Positions 24,001 through 45,115 of a DNA stretch of 64,000 nt are shown here, piece after piece (within the stretch, counting starts at the first letter, position 1; the number at the start of each line of letters is the position of its first letter). Where the stretch lies: contig CM082596.2 of assembly GCA_040954595.2 (NCBI GenBank), forward strand, positions 5,654,791-5,718,790. Direction: 5' to 3'. This stretch comes from Balanoglossus misakiensis (taxonomy: Eukaryota > Animalia > Hemichordata). The notes below the pieces were generated by a model. The model searched no databases. It saw only the letters and a list, made by a program, of their open reading frames with translations, and was not told the DNA's origin. Position numbers and translations under genes: made by a program.

Positions 24001-27000
24001 ATATTGGCAATGAGTTTTCTGTGTGCGATATTCAATGGGTCTTGAACTTCAAATGAAGTCAGATGATAGATAGAGCTCTTCCTGTGTGGGTTGATGGAGA
24101 CGAAAAATGCAAACCAGTCCAGTGTTATGATAGTGAACAATCTTTGGTCGTCAAATTACTAAATGTTTAAATGCTGTGCCTGAAGGGAGGAGGGGGGATT
24201 AGGTTATGTTTTGTCTTGACCGTAAGAAAGAAGTCTGGCAGACTGAAGTGAAAATATTGAACTGATGTGTTTCTACTGTTGTGTTCATCTTGTGAGTGGA
24301 ATAGGAGGGTCAAGGTTCAGTTGCTTGGTGAAAAAAGTACATATGTAAATTGCAAGTCGTGTGTTTCAATGAACGACCCATGACTGGTGTCATTGACTTC
24401 ACTCTTGATGTCTTATTTATTTCTGCTGTATTGCATAGAAAAATGCTGCTGCCTTGTAAATTTACCGTGCTTTAGAAATCTATGAATAGCCTTCATTGTG
24501 TTTCATTCAATTGTGTTGCTTGACAGCCAGCTCCTTATATATTGCCACATAAATGCTTTATGACCAGTCTTTTTAAAAACAAGTCCCTTCATCGGGTTCA
24601 GCTGACATGTGCAGAAATGATCCCCACTGTCTCTGGTAGCAGGAAGGGGTTGACGTACAGCGACTGCTTAATTTGTCAACACCAAGTAGCTCCACTAATT
24701 ACTGAATGAAATTGCTGTGTGCAGTGTAATACCAATATCGATAATGCTGATAAACCTGACACCAGCACAATGATGCTGTTGTTTGTATCGCACCACGCTA
24801 ATTTCATACCAATTTGATATTGATATGAAATCTGATCCACATGTTTTAGTGCTCATTAACACTAGTAGAATGTGGAGATTTATAAATAACTGTGGGTTGA
24901 CCGGACCGGGTTGTGCTTTTTTCCTCGACCTGGTGAAACCCTTTAGTGGCTACCGGTACAGTAAGTCAGTGGCAGTTGCGTTCAGAGGTCATGTAAGTTA
25001 GTGCATTTCTGCGATGTCTGTGTCCTTTTATCCACATGTGGTACACATCAGTTCATTGTTTACATGCAGAAGTGTTAATAAATTACTGTTCAGTCAAAAT
25101 GTGCTTGGAAGATTTTCAGGTTTCCAAGTGTAAAGTTCATTCAGATCATCAGGTCAAGTCAGTTGAAATCTCTACATATCTGAGTATATATGATATGTGT
25201 AGCAAACTAAGTCAGTGTAGGAAAGTTTTAGGGACTCTAAATTGAGTAGAGTGCTGCAGTATTTATCTTCCTGGCATGCATGTACCAGCAGTTGTTGGTT
25301 CTCATGACCCTTGACCCCATGTGTGTCATGGGAAGGGATTGTTTGGCAGAAGACAAAAGGAACCCTTTTGCACACACACATACTAGGGTGTGTTTTATTT
25401 GCATAAAGGTTGACAGGAAGATCTCTATGTATGGTAACACACCCCGACTGCATGCACAGTTGGTCTGACCAGGTTGTAATGTCAACAAAGCACTTTATTT
25501 TGAGCATAACAATTTGAAAGGAAACCGTGCCGTGTCTGGGAATAGGATAAAGTACACTGACTATTATTAAGATCAGGGCGAAGATTTTGTTACAAGGTGA
25601 ATTGTGTACAGCATTTCAATTAGGTCTGGCAGTTTATATAATTAGCACAGCATGGGTGAACACATCTTTTGAGGAATTAAAATGTTTGTTTCGGAACTAT
25701 TTTTCCCAGGTAGTCCAGATTATTATCTTTTGGTATAATTCTAGCGTTTCAAATCCCATATTTGAATTTAAACTTGAAGGAAAATTACTTTTGGGTTGAG
25801 CAGCTGAGTAAAATAATTTCCCTGTCTTGTTCATGAGCTAATGGGATTCAAAATTTGATATTTACAAATTATACTTTTTCCGGATGTTTATTGTGATGTG
25901 TTTGCTGGGAGAAAAATAAGAAATAACAAGTGAAACGGCGTATGTTTTGTTTACGACTGCAGACAGACGCGTTGAGATGTAGGGTGCGTAGTCGCGTTTG
26001 CGTCACAGGATGGCTGTCCTCACGTTTTAGGTCGTATGTGGGATTTTTATGGTCAAGGTTCGTGTTTTGCATAGGGCAACGTTCGATAAATTACTGCGTC
26101 TCCTCGCAACCGAACCACTGGAGTCGTAAATCACACGGCAAAGTGTGTACACTCCCAGTCAGGCATAGATAATCAGTCGGGCCTGTCCAATAAACAGGCT
26201 GCTTATAAGCAGCTTCCGTTCCCCTCTGGCTGCCATATTGATACTTGTTTTAGTCATAGTTGTCCTTGAGCACGAGCAAAAAAATCGGTGACCTTCAGAT
26301 AGGGGGAAAAACAGACGTGAGATGTGATCTCGTTTTCATTCAGTGTTCAACCGCTAAACCACTACCTCGGCTCCTGTATACGTCTTTTGGAAAATACCGA
26401 ATTCGCTGGCCGCTTTTTTACTGGGAAAAGAACTGCGCAACGCCCGTGAGCGGACTGGTGTTGCGAGCTCGCATGTGCTTCCGTTACTGGGAATGTTTTG
26501 ATAATGAGCAGCTGTAGAGACCAGTAGTATTTGGAACTGTAACAGGAATTTTCGTACAGGATTAGGATTTCGTACATGGTCTACCAGTTGTGCATGGTCA
26601 AACTGCTGTTGTGACTAAGGCTGATTTTCTTCTCGGAAAGTAATATCACACAGGTAGGCTTGATTACCTGAAGATTGATCTTCATTATAATTCATATGCG
26701 CAAAAATTGCAGAACTCAATTCCAGTCAGCAAAACCAAACCCTCCATTTTACCCAGAATTCACTCTGTTAAGAGTTGAGCCAGTGGGATGTGGAAAGAGA
26801 CAAGAATTCCATTCTTGTGATAATAGCGCCAGTGATGGCATTTTCGTTCCACGATTTGACCGCATCACTCAGGGCATCCTAAATCATGTAACGTTAGTTG
26901 TTGGCACACTGGTTATCTGAGAACAGTTCTGATATGGTTGGAATTTGTACAACATAGCTGTCTGTCGGCTTGTGGCTCTCTCAAGCTTAGCCCCCCGACA

Positions 27001-27420
27001 AGAGCATGCATAGGGGTGCCACTCAGAACCGTGTGTGTATATTTAGATTGACAGGTTGTCATGTTGTGGCTGGTCACACCAGGTCAGACATCTTATTGGA
27101 GTGTATCAAATCACGACTCACTTGTTCTGGAGTCGTGTTGTTAGGATTTAGATAGCTTAGTAGCATTTTTTTTAACCCAGTGTATGATGCGTTTCAGACA
27201 AGTGGCACATAGCCCGATGATCATCCGGGAATTTCACAATACACACCGAGAATTCGTGCATCCAGTTCAGTCAACCAGTCTGATCGGGAGAGCAATCTAT
27301 GAATCCATTCCAATGAGTCTGAATTTGCATATTTGATTAATTGTTATACGTTTCTTTCCACAGATCAAGCGCCTGTGCAGTTGTTTTATGTGAGGGCCTA
27401 CAAACATTAACACTACAGCC

Positions 27421-35363
<7,943 letters not shown>

Positions 35364-36719
35364 AATGAGATTTCTGTAGGCCAGAACACCGGCCTGCAAA
35401 CAGACATGTCTTACGAGTGAAGGTCTTAGTCAAACCAGATTATTCTGTTTTCTTTTTGTGAATTTTGCAATTTGATGGGAGACGTTTTTCTGAGAACGGA
35501 ATAGAAATTAATTTCTTTGCAGGACGAGTTGATTATTTGACCAAATTTGCCAATACACAATAAATTTTGTTTATTAATGACGAAATTTTTGCTGAAATGG
35601 CCACTGAAATTTTCTGCGATTTCATGGTGGCTTTTCAGTCACACCGGATTATACACTAGGACCTTCAGCTCTGTAAGAGAAAGATAAAGACAAATTTTAT
35701 TGAAGTCAAGTTAAAAAGGAAACAAACATCCAAGTTTTAACAGCCAAAGTATGAACATACACAGTGAGCCACCAAAATAACTTTGTATTGTGACCTTCAA
35801 GACAGGCACAAGTTATACGGCAATTTTTTATAAGCCATATGCATGGACTTATCAAGTTTTTGACAGGCTTGCTATGACGCAAAAAATAACGAAGGAATCA
35901 ACAACCTACCATAACACGAGGCAACTCTCTTTGCTACTCTGAAGTGGGACCATGCTGGAACTATTCATGCTAAGAAATACTGCTTTTACCCACCCCTATA
36001 TTTTAATACTTTTGGAAAGCAGTCTTTGTTCCGAAGCAGATGGGCTATCTCACCCCCATGGAATATAGGGGTGACAGCATGTAGTAAATTATAAATTTGA
36101 CATGCATGCCTTTTTAAACAGAAAATCAATATGCATGTGTATGTGTGTGGTGTAGAGAGATTTTAAGAATCATGCAGTTTTTAGATGCAAAAAAAATCAT
36201 ATTTATGGCATCATACCGTTACCACTGCTGTGTCGTTCAATGAGTACTTTCACTTAAATCTACAGAAATGAATTAGAAATGATTTTTTTAGCACCTAGCA
36301 TTTACCATTCCCAAGAATCATAGTTTTGGAACGACAACGAAATTACAAGTTTTTCTGTCACAGGTTGTAAGTTTTTTCGTAGTTTGTATTTTTTTCCCCA
36401 TAGTGGTAGCAGAAATTGAATTTTTTAAAGACGTAGAAGAATTTATCCAAATATTACGTACAAATCATGATTTTTAGCAGACATATTTTCATAAAATCTA
36501 GATACCTGACTGTTTTATGTAAACTGTGTTTTTCTTTTCTTTTGATAATGCTTTTCCCTTTTCACTGTTAAACTTTCATTGTAGACTGTTTTTGGGGGTG
36601 TGAATGGTTGGGGTGCCTTTTTGTGGGCATTTGCTATTGTAGCGCCATTTTGCTGCCTTGCATATATATATATACATAGTAGAGTTTAGGATATTTGTGC
36701 GTTCTTACTTTCTGTGATA

Positions 36720-36814
36720 AATAAAGGAGTATTACATTTTAGAAAAAAAAACGCTTTGTGTTTTATTTAAGATGTCAGCAGAGCTTGTCAAAAATGCCAA
36801 CAGTAGTTTTTATT
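36720..36814. terminator. Convergent polyadenylation signals for beta-catenin (+) and PDE12 (-)
   Basis: AATAAA on + at 36720-36725 followed by a T/GT-rich tract. AATAAA on - at 36762-36767 and 36809-36814. Confidence 0.5.
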
Positions 36815-37419
36815 TCACAACCTCTAGATTCCAAAACGGACTCAATGAAATCTGCACGCCCAAATGAAATGACCATGAAACTAACTGCCGTAGGGGTCAT
36901 AGGAAACGGAAGTATGGCCTGTGGTTTCTCCACAGTTTGATCTTGACTCATGAAGGAACAACTTGACCTTGAGGGGAAATGGCCAATTCATTACCAGGAA
37001 GTTTATACCAAACAGGTCATTTTGGCCGGGGGCGAAGATCATCTTTTGTCTATGGACCATGTGACTACCAAACAGTAACTTACATGCACTGCCTAGGTGA
37101 GAACAGCGCCCTCAAGTGAAACATACACGTGAATATGTTTGATGACATTTTCTTGCATGTTTATTTCTTCAAAATACATGATCATTGAGTGGATCTGTTG
37201 ATATTTCTGAACAACTGTATACACTGCACTATTACCCATCAGGCAATGCTGAGACAGAAAATAAAATCTAATTTGATAAGCATTCTACAAAAGACAAGCA
37301 GAACCTAATCGGCCAATCAAAAGCGGTAATGCACATCTCCTAGGGGATGCTGAGATTTGTCAACATTTTGAATGGGTGTGACTTGTGTGAAAGCCTGTGA
37401 TTGGTCAGGTGCAGTGTGA

Positions 37420-40400
37420 TCAACAGCTAGCTGACGAATCGCTGCGAGTCCACGCCAGATCACAGGCTAAGGCTAAATGATCAGAAGGGAACACAACACT
37501 GGGCAGAGCTGTGTGCAGCGACAGTTCATCCTCCGTTGGCATCGGTATCACTTGGAGGACGTCGAAGTTCTTGTCGATGAAAATGTAGTCGATCGCCGCT
37601 TTGAAGCCTGCCACAAAGTTGGTGTAGTCGGGGAGACCACAGGCGCTGCGGAAGTCAAAGGTGTGTTGGAGTGTCACGTCTTCAATGTGTTCATCCTTGC
37701 CAGCTGAAGAAGAGAGAAAAAAATATAATGTAGCAAGGTTAATGTTTGTTGTCATTTATGCAATATGGTACTGCTAAGTGCTCTTATTCCTAAATGTATT
37801 ATTGGTATAGTATACATTACATGTAACATTTTTGTTCTATTGGTCATCTATCTGGCTAAATGTTAGCTGTCATACACATCTTTTTTACTGACAAATCATG
37901 ACTTTTTCCACTAACTTTGGTAGTGCATATGTGAGCTTCAGGTAGCAAGAAGACTGATACAGATTGTATAATGCTATTGGATACCCACTGGGTAAATACC
38001 TGTAAATGGTACCACTTCTTACCTGAGTGCCAGTCTGCGTAGTTTGCTGGTATCGACTTGGTGGTCATGTATTTGTAGACTCCATATTTGGGATCGCTGT
38101 TAAAATCCCCACAAAGCATTATGGGAAGCCCACTTTCTCCACCCTGGGTTGGAAAAAAAATTATGATATGTTAAATAAAAATGATCACATATTCTTTCTG
38201 GTATTAAATTCTGTGCGTGATACATAAGTGAATGAAATGTCTGACGTTTTAAGACTGTTCTGCCAGTCAAACCCATATGCATTTGCATCGGACTGTCTTC
38301 AAAACCACTTTTGTCATATAGCGCCCCCAATCAGCTACACACAAAAAAAACTTTGTTCTAGCAGCACTGGTTCAGTAGTACAACAGCAATCAACACTACA
38401 TACCTCTGTACAGTGGAGGGTTTTGACATGTTGTAAATGTCTCAGGATCAACTCTGTCTGAAGGAGTCTGACATTGGCCGCCTTTGGATGGTAGTACAGA
38501 TGAGTGTTGGCCACACATAGCTTCCTCTTGGGTTCCGAAGTCGTCTCCAATATGGCAACCTGCATGGGAGAGGAAAGAAAGGCAAAGAGCTATATGTATC
38601 CAGGGCGTCAACTGGGCACTTAATGGCGCTTCATGTCAACCCTAACTATCAACCTAAATATCAATTGATCTCTGAACAGAATAGGCAGAATTGAATTGAT
38701 TTTTTACCTGCAGAATAGCAGACCTGGTCATGACTTTCTGCAACAGGGCAGCGGACGTAGAAACCTTTCCAAGTAAATCACTGTTCCTATCCTCCTTCAG
38801 GTAGTCATTCAGCTTGATGTCATGTCGTGAAATTAATCTGAAACAAACAAACTGTGAGTAAATTACACTGTGATACATCTGTCTAGACGTCTTCACTTAT
38901 TATAAAGGCAAACATGCAAGGAATGTGATAGTTTTACGTACTGTTCCGTTTCACTTATCTCTCTGAATTATCTTAAAACAATACATATCAAGATCAAACT
39001 GCTGAGTTATAGCTCACCTGAATTTGTCTTTCCGATAGAAGATGGCTTCCCCTTCCCTGATCTCTCCAGCTTTTCCAGTGTATATGCCTTCCATTCCATC
39101 CAACTGCAGTACCGGATAGAGTGCGGTATTGTACAGTTTCTTCGCCATCTCTTGTAAGCAGATAATATCTGCATTGTATCCTGCAAGAGGCCATGGATCA
39201 TAATGTGAAGTTGATTGAGAAGTGGAACTCTAAGAAAAACTCTAAGGAAAAGTTTTCCAGTTACCATTAGGAGGTCTGATAGAACTATATTCACACCTGT
39301 GATTTCTTTTATGATCAGCTGTTCTCTGTAATCCACATGTAGTGCGTATGGTGCGCAGTATGGGAAGAGGACGTTCTGAGCAAATTCTGTCGTCGCATAT
39401 GGGTCTGCCAGTATGTTGTAGGATACCACTCGAAAACTGGAAACGAAAAAAAAGGTTCATTTTAAATTATAGTGTCAAGATGTTCTTTTAGTGTTTTAGA
39501 TTATATCAAGTAATGCAAATCAGACCAAGTGTAAATAAAAACACAACATTATACAAATGTACTATAATTAATAAACCTACCCTACATCTTCAACTCTTTT
39601 CTGAGTGTACAAGTGTCTGTGCTCAAACGGACATAACCCTGGGCCAGCTGATACCTCAGGACTGGCTACAACTTCTTGTGAAATACCATCCTTACTTCCA
39701 TCTCGTGGAACACACAGTACTTTCAACTTGTGACCAATGTCAAGGTTTGTTGGTTTGTAAACTTTCCCTTTGGAAATTTCTGTCCATTTGTCTGGGACTC
39801 GAGTTGAGCTTATGTCAATTTTCAGTATGTTCCTCGCGACTGCCCCTGATTCGGTGGATGCCGTTTCCATGGCAACGTCCCCGTCCTCTTCTTGATCATT
39901 CTTCATCACCGCCGCCTCTGATTGGTCGGCGTTTTCTTTCCTGTCCTCTGATTGGTTCTGTCCCACCTTCACCTCCCTGTACCATATGAAGTCACTTTCC
40001 TCTAATTGCCCAAAGTCGATTTCCACTCTAGGGTACACTGGGAACCCCGCCATTATAGAATTAGGGAGGCTTAAATTGACAATCGTGGGTGGGTTTCTGA
40101 CAACTTTATATTCTTGCGTTCCGATGTTGAGAGTTGCCCCGTCCTGCCACGCCTCCGCGTTGGTGACATCGTCCGCGACCTTAACGTTGTTCATGAAAAG
40201 GGATGCTGTCAGTTCATTTGAAACAGCTACGTAGTCTTCTTTCATCCTCTTGCGCTTCTTACCCATCGAAGCCTTCGCGACGTTGTTAGTTATGCGAGCC
40301 AGAGATTTGCCCAGGGCCTCCGTCTGTTCCCGCAGGAGGTTAGCGTGCTTCTCGCCGTGGACGAAAGATATCACCATGTCCTTTTCGGTCGGAACACATC

Positions 40401-40494
40401 TGACTGTTACTTTTTCTATGTTATCCATCGTGGTACTAACTGATCTACAGTACGGAATAAACCGCCGAAATAAAAGGTGGAAGTTCTTTAACAT
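37420..40494 (-). CDS. PDE12: 2',5'-phosphodiesterase 12 (EEP/CCR4-family mitochondrial deadenylase), ~635 aa
   Basis: Exons (minus): 40494-39581, 39436-39297, 39180-39018, 38837-38708, 38559-38404, 38143-38023, 37703-37420 (1908 nt). Motifs: LPNSIMAGFPVYP, VSAGPGLCPFEHRHLYT, FRVVSYNILADPYA, GYNADIICLQE, LCVANTHLYYHP, LCGDFNSDP, YTNFVAGFKAAIDYIF, ALPSVVFPSDHLALACDL. The N-terminus is a basic, hydrophobic presequence-like segment. Confidence 0.95.
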
Positions 40495-40924
40495 GGACTA
40501 CTAATTCTTGCACAACATTTATTGCTGATGGGTTACATGTGGGTTCTGCAACTTTCGTTAGTTCGTTTATCAATACCTCCACTGCAAGAAATGAGCGCCC
40601 TCCATTTCATTTATTACATTTCGCGATTTAGGAGTGACTGAACCTGATATTCTGACGATTTTTGACGAATTTTCTCTGAAATTTGTGGAAATTCCCTCCA
40701 GTTGGTCTCGTCGGAAGTCCCCGAAAGCTTAAAAACGGCGATCGTCAAGGCATTAGGTGGAAATTGTCGTCTTTTATTCTAGAATTACGGGTGTAAACAA
40801 GCAACATCGCGTCGCAGTCTGCAGACACAGTGTGCAAGTGATTTCCGAGCGATTATGGCTTCTGCGTACGGCTAGACGCGTGGACACTTTTCTTTCGAAA
40901 TTCCCCGCAGAAAACGCTAGCGAG
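40495..40924. promoter_or_regulatory. Bidirectional promoter for PDE12 / SLC4 and candidate SLC4 non-coding first exon
   Basis: PDE12 ATG at 40494 on -; strong + donor gcgag|gtaagt at 40924; CpG-rich, with an ETS-like CGGAAGT at ~40712. Confidence 0.55.
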
Positions 40925-43914
40925 GTAAGTGAAAACCTAACAAAATTTACCACAAACATTAAAGGTGTGATATATCCAAAAATTGCGTCGGTCTTTTCAA
41001 AATTATTGAGGCTGTGTCGCGTTTTTAGCAGGGGGCGTTTCGCGCTCAGCGCAGGCTGTATGCAAATACGCCATGTTCAATGCAACGCATTCAGAGAAGT
41101 GCACGTGACTACTAGCACATGTACTTGTTTACAATGCGTTGCCGTGCACAGTGATCGTACGCGTCACTGAAGTAGGTGCCACCATTTCGCGTATTTTGGC
41201 AACTGCAATAATATGGTGCGATTTTTACTGTCGCCTTTATGCAAAGGATTAAATCCTCGAACAATTGCACATGATTTTTTTCTCTCAGTTGTCACAAACA
41301 AGCAGTTTTCAGACCCCGCCCATATGCAGTGTTTGTTTCATGACACTGTAAGATCACAAGAACGATTTTATACCTATGGAGCTGTTGATTTATTTTGCAA
41401 TCGTTTTGCGTATTATTAAGTTATTCAGGAACAAGTGTAAGCCTATTAGTAAATTTTCAATTTGTTGCACGTTTATTACACAATGAAATTGAATGCACAT
41501 TGTAATTGTGTATAATGAACTACATAACCTAGTTAACTATCCCCAAGTCTTCATTGACAAATACATGCAAGGAAGAAAACAATGACAATGCAGCCAATTG
41601 TTCTCTGTTTGCTGGCCTGCCCTTTGTTTGAGCTAGGGTACCACCAGGGTGTATTCATATGTTGTATTCAGGCCATTAGCCCCCAATTTGGTGGCCAAAG
41701 ACTGACCTCAATTGTTATGGGTTGTGAAACTGCATCATCAGACATTAATGAGTCACATCCTCTTGACTAATAACTAGTTTGCTGTAAACTTAACTATAGC
41801 ATATTATAAATATTTGTTGCACTCATGCTACATAAAGGCAAGTTATTTTGCCAGTTATTGATTAACTTTGGTAAGACTGGTTTTAAGATAAATATAAACC
41901 TATATGACTTGAATTTTAATTAATTTACATATTACTTCTTAAAATGGTGAATAGCAATTGAGATATGTATTTGGCAAATTATTCAGTCATTATAAGTTTA
42001 TGCTGATCATGTCGCAGTGAGGAAGAGAAAGAATTTTCCATAGCAACTAATATATTCAATAGGGTCAACCGTCATATTTTGCGGGCACAGCTGTTTTTAT
42101 ATCACAGTCAGTTGTTTTTTACACCAGCTGCTAAATGCTACATCCCTGTTAAATAGGAGACACCATTAGCAGTTTCAGGGGAATCATACTGGCATTGCTT
42201 GCAGTATTTTCCACTTTTTCTATGATTTTGATCACTTCTGAATTTTCATCTGTGATCAGCAGTCTGCTAATTAAATTAATGCTATTTTGTGTACCAGATT
42301 TTAAAATTAATTCAAGTGATTTGTAGGGAATATTACTGAGAAAATTATATATTGAGACTGAGTAAGCGTTTATTTCAATAGGCAATGAACAGGATGTTTG
42401 CTCCACGCCCATACCCATAACCGGTCTTTTCTCTCCTGCTTCCTAAAGAATAGACTGTTTCTAAACCATTTTTGGCATCTTCTACTGATAAATTTAAGTG
42501 ATGTGAGAGTATAGAAATGACACATGAACCACAATTAAGTCATCTAACCACAGACTGAAAGTGACAGCACATCAGAGAACATTTATATTTCATGCATGAT
42601 CATGCGTCAATATTTTATTCAAGATTCAAGGCTGAAAATTAACTGCAGTGACATGTGAAAGTCAACACCACTATATGTCTATAAAAGCAGTGCTGAATAC
42701 GAGTCAACATAATATACGAAGTAGGGTGGCCTTCAGTAATTCATAACCATTTCCCTGTAATGAAGAGTTCTATAGCATGCAATCTTTTCATTTGTTAAGA
42801 GTACTAGTACTGTAGTGGAATTTATTGTGTACAGATATTTACAAGACTGTTTTCATTCTGGGCTGAGAGGCCTTGACCCATTCACTTCCTCACATTGTTT
42901 AAATCCATTGTTTTTTATAGTGCAGTGTGACCCATAGACAACAAGGGGGGCGTTACTAGTATTTCTAGATGAGTGGAAGTCAATTTAATATACATGTATG
43001 AGGGGCGAATTCATGTATTTAACAGAACTGTAAATATAGCCGACTTGGCTAATTTTATAAATGTTTTCAATTGATCACTCATGTTCATTTCATATACCCC
43101 AGTGATAAAGATCTAGCAAAGGTAAAAACAACTTGTCAAAACACCAGACATAAAGATAGCAATATGAGAGTATGTACACCAAACAAACTTTATGTTTATG
43201 TTATTTGCTCCAGATTTTTTTGTCTGCAGTGCTGATTTTACTGCAGTGTTAAGTGTGCTTTATCAGTCATGTGATGGTGCTATAAAATGTTGTTTCACAA
43301 GTTAGAGCCTATTTAAGAGATCACTTTGTTTATATGTCATATTTGACTACCAGTACCTATATGTAAGTAACTAGCCTGATTCAATGACTGGTTGAGAGGT
43401 GAATGAAGTAACGTATTTGTCCTGTTATGATTGAGGGTGGGCAATTGTACTTTATTTATCACAGTTTGATTGATGCATTAATTAATGTTCTTATACATAG
43501 GACACTAAACTAAACACCTGTTTTGCAAATCTTTGGTGTTTTGCACAGTCAGTGATGTTTTCCTATGATATATTACAAAAAGTCAATACAATTTATCTGC
43601 AGTAATGCCTAGGACTTTACTGATCTTGGCTATGTTGTTTGCTATGACTGATCAGATAGTCTGCTTGGAATGATGACATCATCGTATACATCTAGCTTGA
43701 TAAAATTGATAAATTGGTAAATTACGTGCAGTGAATTATACAAGCTTGAAACAATTAGAAACAATTAGAAATGTGGCTTTGAGAAAATAGCACAGGTAGC
43801 ATGCATCTCCACCTAAAAATGTGAATGGGATATTGGCAGTTAAAACAGAATTCTATTATTCATTGGACAGGTGTTTGTCCCGGTATGTCCACTTAACAGG
43901 TTCTTTTTCGTAAT

Positions 43915-44750
43915 ACATGTATTACAGAATTGATGAATAATTCAGACTGCAGCATCAATGAGCCAGCCTGGTGTATGTGGTGATTTAGGTCACATATTGT
44001 GATTTCTCAAAGGTCATTCAAGTGCACGTAGCAGATTTTATTACTACCAGTAGTTCAGATACAAGGTCAAGAATGTCTTAAATTTCTATTTGTAAACATG
44101 ATATGGAAATGAACGCTGTTAGTATAGCTGAAAGAAATGTCTTCGTAATGTACGCATGTTTGTAATACCAGTAACATGAAATCTATAAATAATTCAAGGT
44201 ACAATATCTGGATCCAACTAGGTATGGGCTGTTGCCATATATTTTTGTCATCTCTGAAAGACCATGCCAGTAAGTGCAGATTAGATAGATTTAACTGTTT
44301 GGTAATAATTTAAAAAACGATACAATTCAAGTAAATATGCACGAGTAGGAATATATGTTTTGATTTAGGTCACATATTGTCATTTCTAAAAGGTCATACG
44401 AAGGCACATACAATGTAGCTGATTTTATTCATACTAGATCACTGTATTTTGCAATACTGGTACATATAATTACAGAATTGATAAATAATTCAAGATGCAA
44501 TATCAAATCCACTTCAGTATTAACCTGTTGCTATATATTCTCATTTCTGAGACAGGTCATATAAAGGCACGTTCGTAAGCGCTGTTGCAAGTTCAGGTAC
44601 AGGCTCTATAACTATTAATTACAATTTACATGAATGGTAGTAGCTAGAAATAGTCTGTGGTATTGAAGGCCCATATGTTGTCATTTCATTGAAAGGTCAC
44701 ACAAGGATACCCGCAATAGCAAGATTGCTTTAGAGTTCAGATAAACAATG
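43915..44750. repeat. Degenerate tandemly duplicated segments in the SLC4 5' intron
   Basis: tgatttaggtcacatattgt.atttct.aaaggtcat at 43981 and 44361, degenerate again at ~44672. attacagaattgat.aataattca at 43921 and 44470, partial at ~44184. Confidence 0.6.
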
Positions 44751-45115
44751 GTGGGACTTGTGTACTGAATGAACCAGTGTCAATCATGTTTGGGAGATGG
44801 TGCCCACAGGAGAAAGAGTCCTTGGGGGGGTGTAAATTACCAAACTAGTTACCCAGTAACTAATATTCTCTCAACAAGGAGCCATGACCTGGAGAGGACC
44901 CCCTCCCCATGTGCTCTGTTTATAACCACACAACACTGTTTTACACACCACTGTGTGAACTTGTGTTGTTATGTTGTTATGGTACATGTATATCTCATTT
45001 AGAGGTCATGGTATCATGATGGCATCATTGATTTGATCATAATTCACCTTGAAAGAATTGTCAACAAGTCTAAAGGTGTCATACTCATAGATTAGTAACA
45101 ACAAGAAAGACAAAC

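Noticed and set aside
21046-27363. Many short ORFs and scattered TCF-like words (e.g. ATCAAAG at ~23589) in the long beta-catenin 5' region
   Set aside because: No coding signal, and motif counts are not above chance expectation by eye.
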